From positions 57,485 to 121,484 of the forward strand of contig CAYTYX010000001.1 of the NCBI GenBank assembly GCA_964442325.1: DNA of 64,000 bases, written 5' to 3'. Positions 52,762 to 62,117 of this stretch are shown in pieces. The notes beneath the pieces are model-generated. The model was not told the DNA's origin. It searched no databases and was given only the letters and a program-made list of their open reading frames with translations. Made by a program: the position numbers and the translations under genes. The DNA is from an uncultured Candidatus Saccharibacteria bacterium (GTDB lineage Bacteria; Patescibacteriota; Saccharimonadia; Saccharimonadales; UBA10212). Positions within the stretch are counted from its first letter, which is position 1, and every line of letters starts with the position of its first letter.

Positions 52762-53337
52762 CTACTGGCCGGTTGTGCTTTGTACGGTACTGCTGGAGTT
52801 AGCGGCGCTTGGGTTGGCGATGTATTGCTTAATCGCGCTGACCACCTTGCTGCTATCTTTCATATTTTCCCAGAACGATACCTGGCTTTGGTTGATGACC
52901 ATCTTGTCTTCTGGTGCGTGCAACTCACTGACACCCAGTTTGACCAGCGTCAAATTGTTATTTTTAGTACTGCTCTGCGGGTTACTGGTTGAACTGGTGC
53001 TGGAATTTGACTGCAAGTAAAAGACACTACTCAGCGTCAGGTAGTCGTGGTTAAGTGCATTGATTTTGCCAAAATACACCTGGCCGTTGGTCAAAAAGAC
53101 TGCCTGATACTCGCTGGAGTTAATCTGCGAAGATTCGCCAAGTGGGCCGGAACTCCACAGCCATACAGCCAGCGAAGCCACAATCAAGGCGGCGCCGACA
53201 ATAACAATAAAGGCCGATATTCTTAGTTCTCTAGTAATCCAGCTTAATCTTCTCTTCTTAGCCCTGGCGGCTAAGCCCGTAATGGGATTGTGTCGTTGTG
53301 GTGGCACGGATTGAGGCCCCCTAGCATCAGGTTGCAT
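52762..53337 (-). CDS. N-terminally anchored extracytoplasmic protein, unknown function
   Basis: 191 aa with a basic N-terminus, a TM helix (ISAFIVIVGAALIVASLAVWLW) and a Ser/Thr-rich segment. Confidence 0.5.
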   Translation of the reverse strand: MQPDARGPQSVPPQRHNPITGLAARAKKRRLSWITRELRISAFIVIVGAALIVASLAVWLWSSGPLGESSQINSSEYQAVFLTNGQVYFGKINALNHDYLTLSSVFYLQSNSSTSSTSNPQSSTKNNNLTLVKLGVSELHAPEDKMVINQSQVSFWENMKDSSKVVSAIKQYIANPSAANSSSTVQSTTGQ

Positions 53338-53508
53338 TATAAAAAACCCTCTCTTTAAATTTAACTTTTGCTAAGGTTATCATAACGCAAATGCTTATAC
53401 GGGCGCAACCCTAAGACGCTCAGCGTTGTGCTAAATACCTGTTGACAAGTGAAAAGGGGGCAGAGTATGTTAGGGGTACATTAGTAATATAAGGAGAGGG
53501 AACAGACA

Positions 53509-53715
53509 ATGGCTTATCAACACACGAATAGCAAAGGTGTAAAGTACTACCTTAACTCCAAAGAGGTAACTCTGCGGGGCGGCAAAGTACAAACAATCTA
53601 CTACTTTTCTAAAGACGAGCGAGCCGACACTGGCCTAGATGAACTACCAGCTGGCCGCGTAGTTGGCGAAAACCCACGCAACGGCTTCCTAACTTTGAAG
53701 CGCAGCGACAAGTAG
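53509..53715 (+). CDS. small basic hypothetical protein
   Basis: 68 aa with AAGGAGAGGG upstream. A candidate TTGACA-18 nt-TATGTT promoter lies at 53442-53471, and a terminator follows. Confidence 0.55.
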   Translation: MAYQHTNSKGVKYYLNSKEVTLRGGKVQTIYYFSKDERADTGLDELPAGRVVGENPRNGFLTLKRSDK

Positions 53716-53735
53716 TTTTAAAATAAAATTTTTAA

Positions 53736-53775
53736 AGATCCCACTTCGGCAGTCGCCGGGGTGGGTCTTTTTTTT
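53736..53775 (+). terminator. rho-independent terminator
   Basis: CCCAC...GTGGG stem with flanking AGA/TCT pairs, followed by T8. Confidence 0.6.
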
Positions 53776-53808
53776 GGCCGCCAAATCGGTGTAGAATGGT
53801 CGAGGCGT

Positions 53809-54576
53809 ATGAGCACTCCTATAGTAAAAGTTGAAAAACTTCGCAAAAGCTATGACGACAAAGAAGTCGTTAAGGGCATTAGTTTTGAAGTGGGCCAGGG
53901 CGAGATATTTGGAATTTTAGGGCCTAATGGCGCTGGTAAAACTACGACTCTCGAGATGATAGAAACCTTGCGGCCAATCGACGGCGGCACGGCTACCATC
54001 AACGGCATTGATGTTGCTAAAGAGCCACAAAAAGTCAGGTATATGATTGGCGTCCAAACCCAATCCACTGCTTTTATGGATAAAGTAAAACTGACCGAGC
54101 TGTTGGAGCAACAAGCCGCCGCTTACGGTGAAAAAGTAAATACGATGGCGCTGCTCAAAGACGTTCACTTACAGGAAAAGGCCAGTAGTTTTATCGAAAG
54201 TTTGTCCGGCGGCCAAAAGCAGCGATTTTCTATTGCCGCCGCGCTGGTGCATCAGCCCAAAATCTTTTTTATGGACGAGCCAACAACTGGCCTAGATCCG
54301 CAGGCCCGTCGCAACCTGTGGAACTTGGTGCAAAAAATCAACCAAGCCGGCAAAGGCATAACTATTATCCTAACCACCCACTATATGGAAGAGGCCGAAA
54401 TGCTGTGTAATCGGGTAGCGATTATGGACGATGGCAAAATCGTGGCTATGGATACGCCACAGAAGCTAGTGCAGGATTTACTAAAGAAAGGTTTTAAAAA
54501 GAAGCACCGGGTCGAACAAGCCAACCTGGAAGACGTGTTTATTGATTTAACCGGCAAGGAGCTAGGCCGCCAATGA
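53809..54576 (+). CDS. ABC transporter ATP-binding protein (ABC-2/DrrA-like)
   Basis: Walker A GPNGAGKTT, signature LSGGQKQR, Walker B FFMDEPTTGLD. Start is Met17 of the track ORF. Confidence 0.88.
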   Translation: MSTPIVKVEKLRKSYDDKEVVKGISFEVGQGEIFGILGPNGAGKTTTLEMIETLRPIDGGTATINGIDVAKEPQKVRYMIGVQTQSTAFMDKVKLTELLEQQAAAYGEKVNTMALLKDVHLQEKASSFIESLSGGQKQRFSIAAALVHQPKIFFMDEPTTGLDPQARRNLWNLVQKINQAGKGITIILTTHYMEEAEMLCNRVAIMDDGKIVAMDTPQKLVQDLLKKGFKKKHRVEQANLEDVFIDLTGKELGRQ

Positions 54577-55688
54577 AAAGCTCCTGGCGACGTGATTTAT
54601 TTACGGTTGGAGTGTTTGCTAAAATTTCGGTGCGGCGCTATTTTCGCGACCGGCTGGCGATTTTCTTCACGGTAGTATTTCCGCTTATTTTCCTGTTTGT
54701 CTTTGGCAGTATCAGTAAGGGCAACAATGTCAGTTTCCACGTCGGGCTACTTAACCAAAGCAGTAGCGCCTTTGCTACCAAGTTTACTAGCGATACCAAG
54801 GCCAACAAGTTATTTAACGTTGATTCAACTGTCACTGATTTGACCACAGCCAAAGACAGAATGAGCAAAAGCGAAATCGACGCCACCATTATTTTGCCGC
54901 CCAGCTTTGGTGTGCTTAAGGGTGGCGTCCCGTCTGGCCAAGCTCAGATTTTATACGACGAGAACAATGCGCCGGCGGCCCAAACCATTAGTTCGGTTAT
55001 CCAGGGCGAACTGGAAGGCGTTAACGCCCAGCTGGTAAAAATCACGCCGCCGTTTAGTGTCAACGCTCAATCGACTAACACCAAGGGTCTGTCTAAACTC
55101 GATTACACAGTATCTGGTCTGCTTGGCTTTTCCATAATCGGCTTGGGTATTTTTGGGCCGGTCAACTACTTTCCGGAGATGAAAAAACAAGGCGTACTGC
55201 GCCGATTGCATATCACGCCCCTGCGGGTTTGGCAGTTTTTTGTCAGCAGCGTGCTATCTAACGCCGTGATTGGCTTATTTTCGATTGGCATCATGATAGC
55301 GGTAGCTTCCAGCCCGCTGTTCCATTTTAAAATCGTCGGCAATTATTTTGAGCTTGGACTATTTATAATTTTGGGTATTTTGATGATATTTGGAATTGGT
55401 CTGGCAATTGGTGGTTGGGCTAAAAACGAACGCCAAGCTGCGCCGCTATCTAACATTGTGGTTTTTCCGATGATGTTTTTGTCGGGTACATTCTTTCCGC
55501 GCTACGCTATGCCGCTATGGTTGCAGCACGTTAGTGCCTATTTGCCACTCACTCCGGTAATCGATGGTATCCGATCGATTGCAACCGAGGGCCAGCATAT
55601 TACCCAAATTGGCCCACAACTAGGGATGATGGCCATTTGGACAGTGATTATTTACGCGATAGCCTTCCGCGTCTTCCGCTGGGAATAA
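54573..55688 (+). CDS. ABC-2 type transporter permease
   Basis: 371 aa. Its start overlaps the ATPase stop (ATGA). It has an N-terminal TM helix, a large loop and 5 C-terminal TM helices, typical of ABC-2 permeases. Confidence 0.8.
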   Translation: MKSSWRRDLFTVGVFAKISVRRYFRDRLAIFFTVVFPLIFLFVFGSISKGNNVSFHVGLLNQSSSAFATKFTSDTKANKLFNVDSTVTDLTTAKDRMSKSEIDATIILPPSFGVLKGGVPSGQAQILYDENNAPAAQTISSVIQGELEGVNAQLVKITPPFSVNAQSTNTKGLSKLDYTVSGLLGFSIIGLGIFGPVNYFPEMKKQGVLRRLHITPLRVWQFFVSSVLSNAVIGLFSIGIMIAVASSPLFHFKIVGNYFELGLFIILGILMIFGIGLAIGGWAKNERQAAPLSNIVVFPMMFLSGTFFPRYAMPLWLQHVSAYLPLTPVIDGIRSIATEGQHITQIGPQLGMMAIWTVIIYAIAFRVFRWE

Positions 55689-55748
55689 CCGCTCGCATAA
55701 TAATTTCTGGGTTCTAAAAAGCGAGCCCGCTCTTTATACTTAAGGTAA

Positions 55749-57377
55749 ATGAGAAATTGGTTCGTTGGCCGCATCCGCCCCCGCCATATATCCTTAACTG
55801 GTATAGCAGCACTCTTGGTTGGTTCGGCGTTTGCCGGCCAACTGCTCGGCATTTTGCGTGTCCACCTAATTAACGCTAACTTCTTGACATATGGGCCCAA
55901 CAGTACCGACAGCTACTTTGCCGCCTTTAGTATCCCCGATTTCTTTTTCTATACCTTGGCCGCTGGTGCCTTGGGCGTAGCCTTTATGCCAGTACTGGCC
56001 GAGTATCTGCACCGTGGCGACCGCAAGGGTATGTGGGAAATCGCCAACAGTTTAATGAACCTTCTAACTATTGTAATGGCAGCAGTGGCGGTTGTGATTT
56101 TGATATTTGCTCAGCCGCTTATTCATCATATTGTGGCGCCAAACTTGCCGCCCGAGCAATTGCATAAAGCCGCGGCAATTATGCGCTTACTGGCTATCAA
56201 CCCGCTGCTATTTACGATTTCAGGTGTGCTAACCAGCGCGCAGCAATCTTTAGGCCGCTTCTTCTTTTATGCCGCGGCGCCACTGTTTTATAACGCCAGT
56301 ATTATCATCAGTGCGATTATTTTTAGTACGGTTCATGGTCACACCGGCGGCCCCGGGAATCTGGGCATTGTTGGCTTGGGTGTTGGCGCTGTGATTGGCG
56401 CAGTCTTCCAACTACTGGTCGTAGCCTCTGGTGTTTTTGGCTTGAGTTTCCGCTGGAGTCCAAAGATTTTATGGCGCAGTTCTGATTTTCGTTTGATCTT
56501 GCGTAACCTGCCGCCGCGCTCGCTAGATCAAGGCTTAGACCAAATCGAGAGCGTAGTCGAAACCAATATTGCCAGCCGTATTGGCCTAGGGGCGATTACT
56601 AATTATTCTAATGCCTATGTTCTATCTACGGCGCCGGTAATTTTAGTTGGCACGGCTATTTCTACCGCTGCTTTTCCGCAGTTAAATAACCGTCTGGCTC
56701 AAAATCGTCCGGACCTATTTCGCTCCGACTTCTTGAAGATTTTCAGGGTGATTCTTTGGATAGCTCTGCCGATTGTCGTTGTCAGTTATTTAGGCCGTGG
56801 TTATTTTGCCCACATGATTTATTCCAATAACTCCGACGAGATAGCCACAATCTTTGGCTTGCTGGCCGGCGCCATTTTATTCCGCACACTTTACGCATTG
56901 GTGTCCCGCTGGTTTTATGCCCAAAAGGACACGATTACTCCGCTAATGATATCGGTCTTTGCAATTGGGCTTAACATCGTGCTGGCTACGCTGCTAGCCC
57001 GCCGCCCGCCGGCTGGGTTTGGCATAGAGGGTCTAGCCATCGCCCAGTCGCTAGTGGCAACTGCCGAAGTGTTAATCCTTATGAGTATTATGGTTTGGCG
57101 CGACCACCACTTGCTTACGCGCGATTTCTGGGCGGGGGTTATCAAAATCCTGTCGGTTACCGGCTTTACGGCTATGACCGCCTATATTATGGTCAAACTG
57201 GTGCCGCTAACAGTTGGCGATAAGGGCTTTATAACCCTTGGCACTAAGCTGCTGCTAATAGTTGTCCCAACAGCCATCGTGCATGTTTTGGTGTCGTATC
57301 TTTATGGCTTGGAGGAATCACAGCCAATTATGAACCGGCTGCGCAATCTTATCTTCAAACCCGTCCAAATCCAGTGA
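55749..57377 (+). CDS. murJ: lipid II flippase MurJ (MviN family)
   Basis: 542 aa, ~14 TM, with an N-terminal pattern (DSYFAAFSIPDFFFYTLAAGALGVAFMPVL) typical of MurJ. Confidence 0.85.
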   Translation: MRNWFVGRIRPRHISLTGIAALLVGSAFAGQLLGILRVHLINANFLTYGPNSTDSYFAAFSIPDFFFYTLAAGALGVAFMPVLAEYLHRGDRKGMWEIANSLMNLLTIVMAAVAVVILIFAQPLIHHIVAPNLPPEQLHKAAAIMRLLAINPLLFTISGVLTSAQQSLGRFFFYAAAPLFYNASIIISAIIFSTVHGHTGGPGNLGIVGLGVGAVIGAVFQLLVVASGVFGLSFRWSPKILWRSSDFRLILRNLPPRSLDQGLDQIESVVETNIASRIGLGAITNYSNAYVLSTAPVILVGTAISTAAFPQLNNRLAQNRPDLFRSDFLKIFRVILWIALPIVVVSYLGRGYFAHMIYSNNSDEIATIFGLLAGAILFRTLYALVSRWFYAQKDTITPLMISVFAIGLNIVLATLLARRPPAGFGIEGLAIAQSLVATAEVLILMSIMVWRDHHLLTRDFWAGVIKILSVTGFTAMTAYIMVKLVPLTVGDKGFITLGTKLLLIVVPTAIVHVLVSYLYGLEESQPIMNRLRNLIFKPVQIQ

Positions 57378-57520
57378 GTAAAATCAAAAAAATAACCCTG
57401 GCAGCTCTTATGCTAGTGTTGCTAATTGTAGCGGTCGCCCGCTGGGAAAACGACAGATCAATACACCAAAATATTTACTCCTGCGGCGTGCTTAACGGCT
57501 ACCAAGTCTGCAACACTTGA
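57374..57520 (+). CDS. possible 48-aa membrane peptide coupled to murJ
   Basis: GTG overlaps the murJ stop (GTGA). Product is VSKIKKITLAALMLVLLIVAVARWENDRSIHQNIYSCGVLNGYQVCNT. Below the ORF-track cutoff and speculative. Confidence 0.3.
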   Translation: MSKIKKITLAALMLVLLIVAVARWENDRSIHQNIYSCGVLNGYQVCNT

Positions 57521-57544
57521 GTCACCTCTGTTATACTGGGGTGA

Positions 57545-59323
57545 ATGAACCAAGACCATATCCGGAATTTTTGTATCATTGCGCATATCGACCATGGCAA
57601 ATCCACACTGGCCGATAGGCTTTTGGAATTAACCGGCACGGTCGAGAAGCGCAATATGAAAGCCCAGTTGCTAGACAAAATGGATCTAGAACAAGAGCGA
57701 GGCATTACCATCAAGTTGGCACCGGTCCGGATGAAGCATAAAGACTACGAACTAAACCTTATAGATACACCGGGCCACGTCGATTTTAGCTACGAAGTTA
57801 GCCGCAGCCTCGAAGCCGTTGAAGGCGCAATCTTAGTGGTTGACGCCAGCCAAGGTATCCAGGCCCAGACCTTAGCCAATGTTTACTTGGCGCTAGAAGC
57901 TAACCTTACAATCATACCGGTGCTTAATAAAATTGACCTGCCAGCCGCCAATATCGAGAAGGTAAGCGCCGAGATTATTAGCCTGCTAGGCTGTCAGCGC
58001 CAAGATATCTTGGAAGTTTCGGCCAAAACCGGGCAGGGCGTAGAGGCTCTACTGGACAAGCTAGTGGAGCTAGTGCCACCGCCTAGCGGCGCTGCCGATT
58101 CACCAACCAGAGCATTAATATTTGATAGTTATTACGACGATTACCGCGGCGTAATTTTATACCTGCGAGTCGTCGACGGGCAGATTGACAAAAACGATTC
58201 TATAAAAATGATGGCCACCGCCGCACCGGGCCTGGCACTAGAAGTCGGCTCGCTCAATCCAGATATGAGCCTGGCTCTTAAGTTAAGGGCTGGCGAAATC
58301 GGATACATTGTGACTAACCTTAAAACCGCCCGCGAAGCTAAAGTCGGCGACACAGTCACGCTATCAAACCGCCCGGCCCAGACTCCGTTGCCGGGTTATA
58401 AGGAAGTTAACCCATTTGTCTACGCCGGCTTTTTCCCAGACAGCCACGAAAATTACCCGCTGCTTAAAGATGCCGTCGAGCGGTTGAGCCTTAGCGATTC
58501 GGCCCTGCAATTTGTCCCCGAAAACTCGCCAGTGCTTGGTTTTGGTTTTCGCATCGGTTTCTTGGGTCTACTACATATGGATATTGTGCGCGAGCGCCTG
58601 ACCCGCGAATATAACCTAGAGTTAATCGTCACCAACCCCTCAACCGACTATAAAATTAATCTAACAAACGGCGAAGAGCTCGATATAAAATCGGCTGGCG
58701 AGTTGCCCGACCCAAGCCAAATCGCCCAAATCCGCGAGCCGTGGGTCAAAGGCGAAATTGTTTGCCCCAGCCAATACGTCGGTTCGGTATTGCAGCTGGT
58801 CGTGGGCACCCGCGGTTCCCAAAAACACATCAGCTATATGGATGCACTGGCGGTGATTGATTTTGAAGCGCCGCTAGCCAATCTGTTGACTGATTTTTTT
58901 GACCAGCTCAAAAGCGTTACTAGTGGCTACGGCTCGTTTAATTACGAACTGGCCGACTACCGGGCCGAAGATTTAGTGCGGCTGGATTTTTACGTGGCTG
59001 GCGACAGAGTTGATGCACTTAGCATAATGACGCACCGCAGCGAGGCCGACAGACTGGCTCGCAGCGCCGTCGCCAAACTCAAGGAAGTAATTCCTCGCCA
59101 AAACTTCAAGGTCAGCTTGCAAGCTGGCATTGGCGGTAAGTTTATTGCCCGCGAAGATCTTAGTGCTTACCGCAAAGATGTTACCTCTGGTCTATATGGC
59201 GGTGACGTCAGCCGCAAAAAGAAGGTGCTGGCCAAGCAGAAAAAAGGCAAAGAGCGGTTGAAGCGCTTTGGTAAGGTAGACATCCCCGCCGAAGCTTTTG
59301 CTGTGATGCTACGTCGCGACTAA
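57545..59323 (+). CDS. lepA: elongation factor 4 (LepA)
   Basis: 592 aa with IRNFCIIAHIDHGKSTLADRLL, DTPGHVDF and NKIDL GTPase motifs and a LepA C-terminal domain. Confidence 0.95.
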   Translation: MNQDHIRNFCIIAHIDHGKSTLADRLLELTGTVEKRNMKAQLLDKMDLEQERGITIKLAPVRMKHKDYELNLIDTPGHVDFSYEVSRSLEAVEGAILVVDASQGIQAQTLANVYLALEANLTIIPVLNKIDLPAANIEKVSAEIISLLGCQRQDILEVSAKTGQGVEALLDKLVELVPPPSGAADSPTRALIFDSYYDDYRGVILYLRVVDGQIDKNDSIKMMATAAPGLALEVGSLNPDMSLALKLRAGEIGYIVTNLKTAREAKVGDTVTLSNRPAQTPLPGYKEVNPFVYAGFFPDSHENYPLLKDAVERLSLSDSALQFVPENSPVLGFGFRIGFLGLLHMDIVRERLTREYNLELIVTNPSTDYKINLTNGEELDIKSAGELPDPSQIAQIREPWVKGEIVCPSQYVGSVLQLVVGTRGSQKHISYMDALAVIDFEAPLANLLTDFFDQLKSVTSGYGSFNYELADYRAEDLVRLDFYVAGDRVDALSIMTHRSEADRLARSAVAKLKEVIPRQNFKVSLQAGIGGKFIAREDLSAYRKDVTSGLYGGDVSRKKKVLAKQKKGKERLKRFGKVDIPAEAFAVMLRRD

Positions 59324-59369
59324 GCTCAATCATTATTATTTTCAACCGCCATCGGCTTTAATTAAACCA

Positions 59370-59963
59370 ATGAGTTATCTGACCAAGACTAAAATGAAGC
59401 TGGAATTACCAGCGCTAGGTTATGTGGCTGATGGACCAAAACTTAGAGTCGGCCAAAGAGAATTTTTGTTCGAGCCTAACCTACATAAAGAAGCTAGCCC
59501 CTGGAATTTAGTTGAGGTTGACGATGAAAATGAACTGGCAACCGCGGCGGTTTGTCTCAATATACTGGGTAAAGTGATAGGTGCCCCAAAATTTCACGAA
59601 TGGTTAGGCGTAGTTAAGGCTGATCGGGACTTAGCTCAAGCAGTCAAGACCGATACCACAGAGGTCATCGGCTCAACCTTCAGGATTTTCAATCCGGAGT
59701 TTAAATTTCCTCGGACAGATGCGCCACTATGGATGGGCTGTGATATGCGGATCAATAATTACAATCACGTAACCCTTCAAACCATCGGTGACTGTGCTTG
59801 TTTAGGTCCACATGCAGATGGACACTGGGTAGGCTGGCAAGATTGGGAAACGGAAGGCTATTGCGAATACGACTTCCATAACAACGACGACGATTCTCAG
59901 ACCTGGAGTTTACTGGCAGGAATGGGGCACTTGGCTGCACTTTGCCTGGAAGCAGCCAGTTAG
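59370..59963 (+). CDS. hypothetical protein (Cys/His/Trp-rich C-terminal half)
   Basis: 197-aa ORF with no recognisable motif. Confidence 0.5.
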   Translation: MSYLTKTKMKLELPALGYVADGPKLRVGQREFLFEPNLHKEASPWNLVEVDDENELATAAVCLNILGKVIGAPKFHEWLGVVKADRDLAQAVKTDTTEVIGSTFRIFNPEFKFPRTDAPLWMGCDMRINNYNHVTLQTIGDCACLGPHADGHWVGWQDWETEGYCEYDFHNNDDDSQTWSLLAGMGHLAALCLEAAS

Positions 59964-59986
59964 CACTCTTGACGGGTGAGTGCCAA
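59960..59986 (+). promoter_or_regulatory. CIRCE operator (HrcA binding site)
   Basis: TTAGCACTC-ttgacgggt-GAGTGCCAA versus consensus TTAGCACTC-N9-GAGTGCTAA (one mismatch). Lies directly upstream of hrcA. Confidence 0.88.
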
Positions 59987-59990
59987 TTTA

Positions 59991-59999
59991 TGATATAAT
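59991..59999 (+). promoter_or_regulatory. extended -10 promoter element (TGaTATAAT) of the hrcA operon
   Basis: TGATATAAT lies 5 nt after CIRCE. A TTGACG -35-like hexamer sits inside the CIRCE spacer (59969-59974). Confidence 0.6.
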
Positions 60000-60034
60000 C
60001 AAAGTACTTGGCAGTGAACCTGCCGGAGTGCCAG

Positions 60035-60739
60035 ATGACACCGAGACAAGAAAAAATCTTAGCCGCGATTGTGGAACAATACGCCGAGGTAGCAGCCCCG
60101 GTGGGCTCCAGCTTACTAGCCAAAGCTTTTGGTGTAAGCAGCGCTACCATCCGGGCCGAAATGGCCGATCTAGAACGCCGTGGTTTTATTGCCCAGCCTC
60201 ACACCAGTGCTGGCCGTGTGCCAACCGATACAGGCTACCGTTTTTACGTTAACCACCTTGCCAAAATCAAAACCTCTCCGCGCGAAGTTCGGGCCGAACA
60301 GGCATTGAGCGCCCGAATTGCCAGCGGTGGCTTGCCGGAGCGGACTATTCGTAACGCCGTTGATACGCTTGTGGAACTGACTCATAACTTAGGCCTGGCC
60401 ACTATTGGCCCCGAGCTTTATATGAGCGGCCTATCTAATCTGTTTGGCCAGCCGGAATTTGTCCATCCGGGCCAGGTTCAGGAAGTTGCCAGACTTCTAG
60501 ACAATATTCAGCCGTGGTTAAACGAGACCGCACCAAATGAACCGCTAAGTGTTTATATAGGTAGCGAGAACCCAATCGGCCGCTCGGCCGGTGCTAGTTT
60601 GATAATCAGCCGCTTCCGCAGCCCGTTTAGTGATCGCAGCTACATCGGTGTGTTGGGCCCAACCCGCCAAAGTTACCGCGATGTTATGAATTTAGTTAGC
60701 CGCGCCGGCCAAACTCTGGAGGAGACACTCTATGTCTAG
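60035..60739 (+). CDS. hrcA: heat-inducible transcription repressor HrcA (short form)
   Basis: MTPRQEKILAAIVEQYAEVAAPVGSSLLAKAFGVSSATIRAEMADLERRGFIAQPHTSAGRVPTDTGYRFYV. 234 aa counted from the ATG (Met10 of the track ORF), versus ~340 aa in typical HrcA as I recall. Confidence 0.85.
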   Translation: MTPRQEKILAAIVEQYAEVAAPVGSSLLAKAFGVSSATIRAEMADLERRGFIAQPHTSAGRVPTDTGYRFYVNHLAKIKTSPREVRAEQALSARIASGGLPERTIRNAVDTLVELTHNLGLATIGPELYMSGLSNLFGQPEFVHPGQVQEVARLLDNIQPWLNETAPNEPLSVYIGSENPIGRSAGASLIISRFRSPFSDRSYIGVLGPTRQSYRDVMNLVSRAGQTLEETLYV

Positions 60740-61049
60740 TCCTGATGTGGTGGACCGATACACTCCTTTTGCGGAGGCTCCCGAGATGGTGGAATTGCTA
60801 GATTTAGCCGTCGAGTTGGTCGACTACCGCCAATCCCGTGATGTAGATACTGCTCGCGTAGCTCTGGAAAAAATGGAACACAGGGCAGAGGAGTTATTCC
60901 CCGCGGATGAAGCTGAGCAATATAAATGGCTTAACCTTGCAAGTGCAGCTGCAACCGATATGTATTACGATCGAGAGAATCTGACACCAGAAGATTTCAG
61001 AGTCGCCAAGACTAGAAGGGTCGGAAAATGGCTAAGAAGCCTACTCTAA
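60732..61049 (+). CDS. acidic hypothetical protein inside the heat-shock operon
   Basis: 105 aa. Its ATG overlaps the hrcA stop (ATGTCTAG) and its 3' end overlaps the grpE start by 22 nt. Confidence 0.5.
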   Translation: MSSPDVVDRYTPFAEAPEMVELLDLAVELVDYRQSRDVDTARVALEKMEHRAEELFPADEAEQYKWLNLASAAATDMYYDRENLTPEDFRVAKTRRVGKWLRSLL

Positions 61050-61492
61050 GTGAATTAGAGCAGAAAATTGCTGAGCTCACCGAGGCGCTGCAGCGCGAAC
61101 GCGCAGATGCCGTTAATTTGCGCCAGCGAGTAGAAAAAGAGCGCGCCGAGCTAGGCAATTTTTATAAAGCGGCGGTGGTGCAAGAACTTTTGCCAGCGCT
61201 AGATAATTTAGACCGTGCCATCAAACACACGCCTAAAGACTTGGCCGGACACGACTATTCCAAAGGGGTCCAAGGCGTGGCCAAACAATTCGAAGCCAGC
61301 CTTGCCCAGCTTGGAATCGAACGCATCAAGACCGTTGGCGAAGTCTTTGACCCCAAACTGCACGAAGCAGTCCATATGGAAGACGGCGACGGCACGATTG
61401 AAGTTGTTTGCGAGGAACTTCAACCCGGCTATAAAATCGGCGACGAAGTCATTCGCCACGCCAGAGTCAAAGTAAGAATGGAGAAAAAATAA
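61028..61492 (+). CDS. grpE: nucleotide exchange factor GrpE
   Basis: 154 aa with an N-terminal coiled coil and a C-terminal FDPKLHEAVHMED...GYKIGDEVIRHARVKV. Confidence 0.88.
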   Translation: MAKKPTLSELEQKIAELTEALQRERADAVNLRQRVEKERAELGNFYKAAVVQELLPALDNLDRAIKHTPKDLAGHDYSKGVQGVAKQFEASLAQLGIERIKTVGEVFDPKLHEAVHMEDGDGTIEVVCEELQPGYKIGDEVIRHARVKVRMEKK

Positions 61493-61713
61493 TGGCTAGG
61501 ATGGTGCAAGGCAACCGGCAATATACTCAAGAACAGAGCTTAGTTAACGGTGCCAACGACCTGGCATGGGTAGATAGACTTGAAGGGCAAATCTTGCGTG
61601 ACGCCGAAAGGGAGGCTTATGGCCGCCGACCAACTAAAATTGGCGAAAGTGATTTGGTGGCCGAGCTAACCTACCAAGTTTTGTTAGCCAAGAACAAGAC
61701 GGAGAAAAAGTAA
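61492..61713 (+). CDS. hypothetical protein inside the heat-shock operon
   Basis: 73 aa, coupled by TAATG to grpE upstream and by TAATG to the next ORF. Confidence 0.45.
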   Translation: MARMVQGNRQYTQEQSLVNGANDLAWVDRLEGQILRDAEREAYGRRPTKIGESDLVAELTYQVLLAKNKTEKK

Positions 61714-62117
61714 TGTTGGCTGATATATACAGAGTAGATTTTAGCAAAGGTCAGTTGCTGGAAATTGAACCAGGCAATGTTTCGCCATTGTGCCGTCCGC
61801 TAAATCGATTAAGACAGCTCGGTGGCGAGACTGTGCGCCGGCTGTCACTAGTTGAAGAACCAGAAAGTTCATCAGAAGAAAACATCAGGCGAGCTGTAAT
61901 GCTTTGGTTGGCCGCAGAGGCGCTACGTCAAGAGGCTATAACCGGCCAGCTGGATGAGGATGGGAAGATTGAAATGATAGATTTAGTGCTAAAAAAAGAA
62001 GCTATCGTGGACGGGCTTTCTGCCGCCGACCGAATGGAAGTCGTCCGGCAGGCTCAGATAGCTCTTGGCGAAGATGAAGCCACAATATTAACTAAGATAA
62101 AAGGAGAAACATTCTAA
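61713..62117 (+). CDS. acidic hypothetical protein inside the heat-shock operon
   Basis: 134 aa, coupled by TAATG at both ends (to ORF73 and to dnaK). Confidence 0.5.
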   Translation: MLADIYRVDFSKGQLLEIEPGNVSPLCRPLNRLRQLGGETVRRLSLVEEPESSSEENIRRAVMLWLAAEALRQEAITGQLDEDGKIEMIDLVLKKEAIVDGLSAADRMEVVRQAQIALGEDEATILTKIKGETF

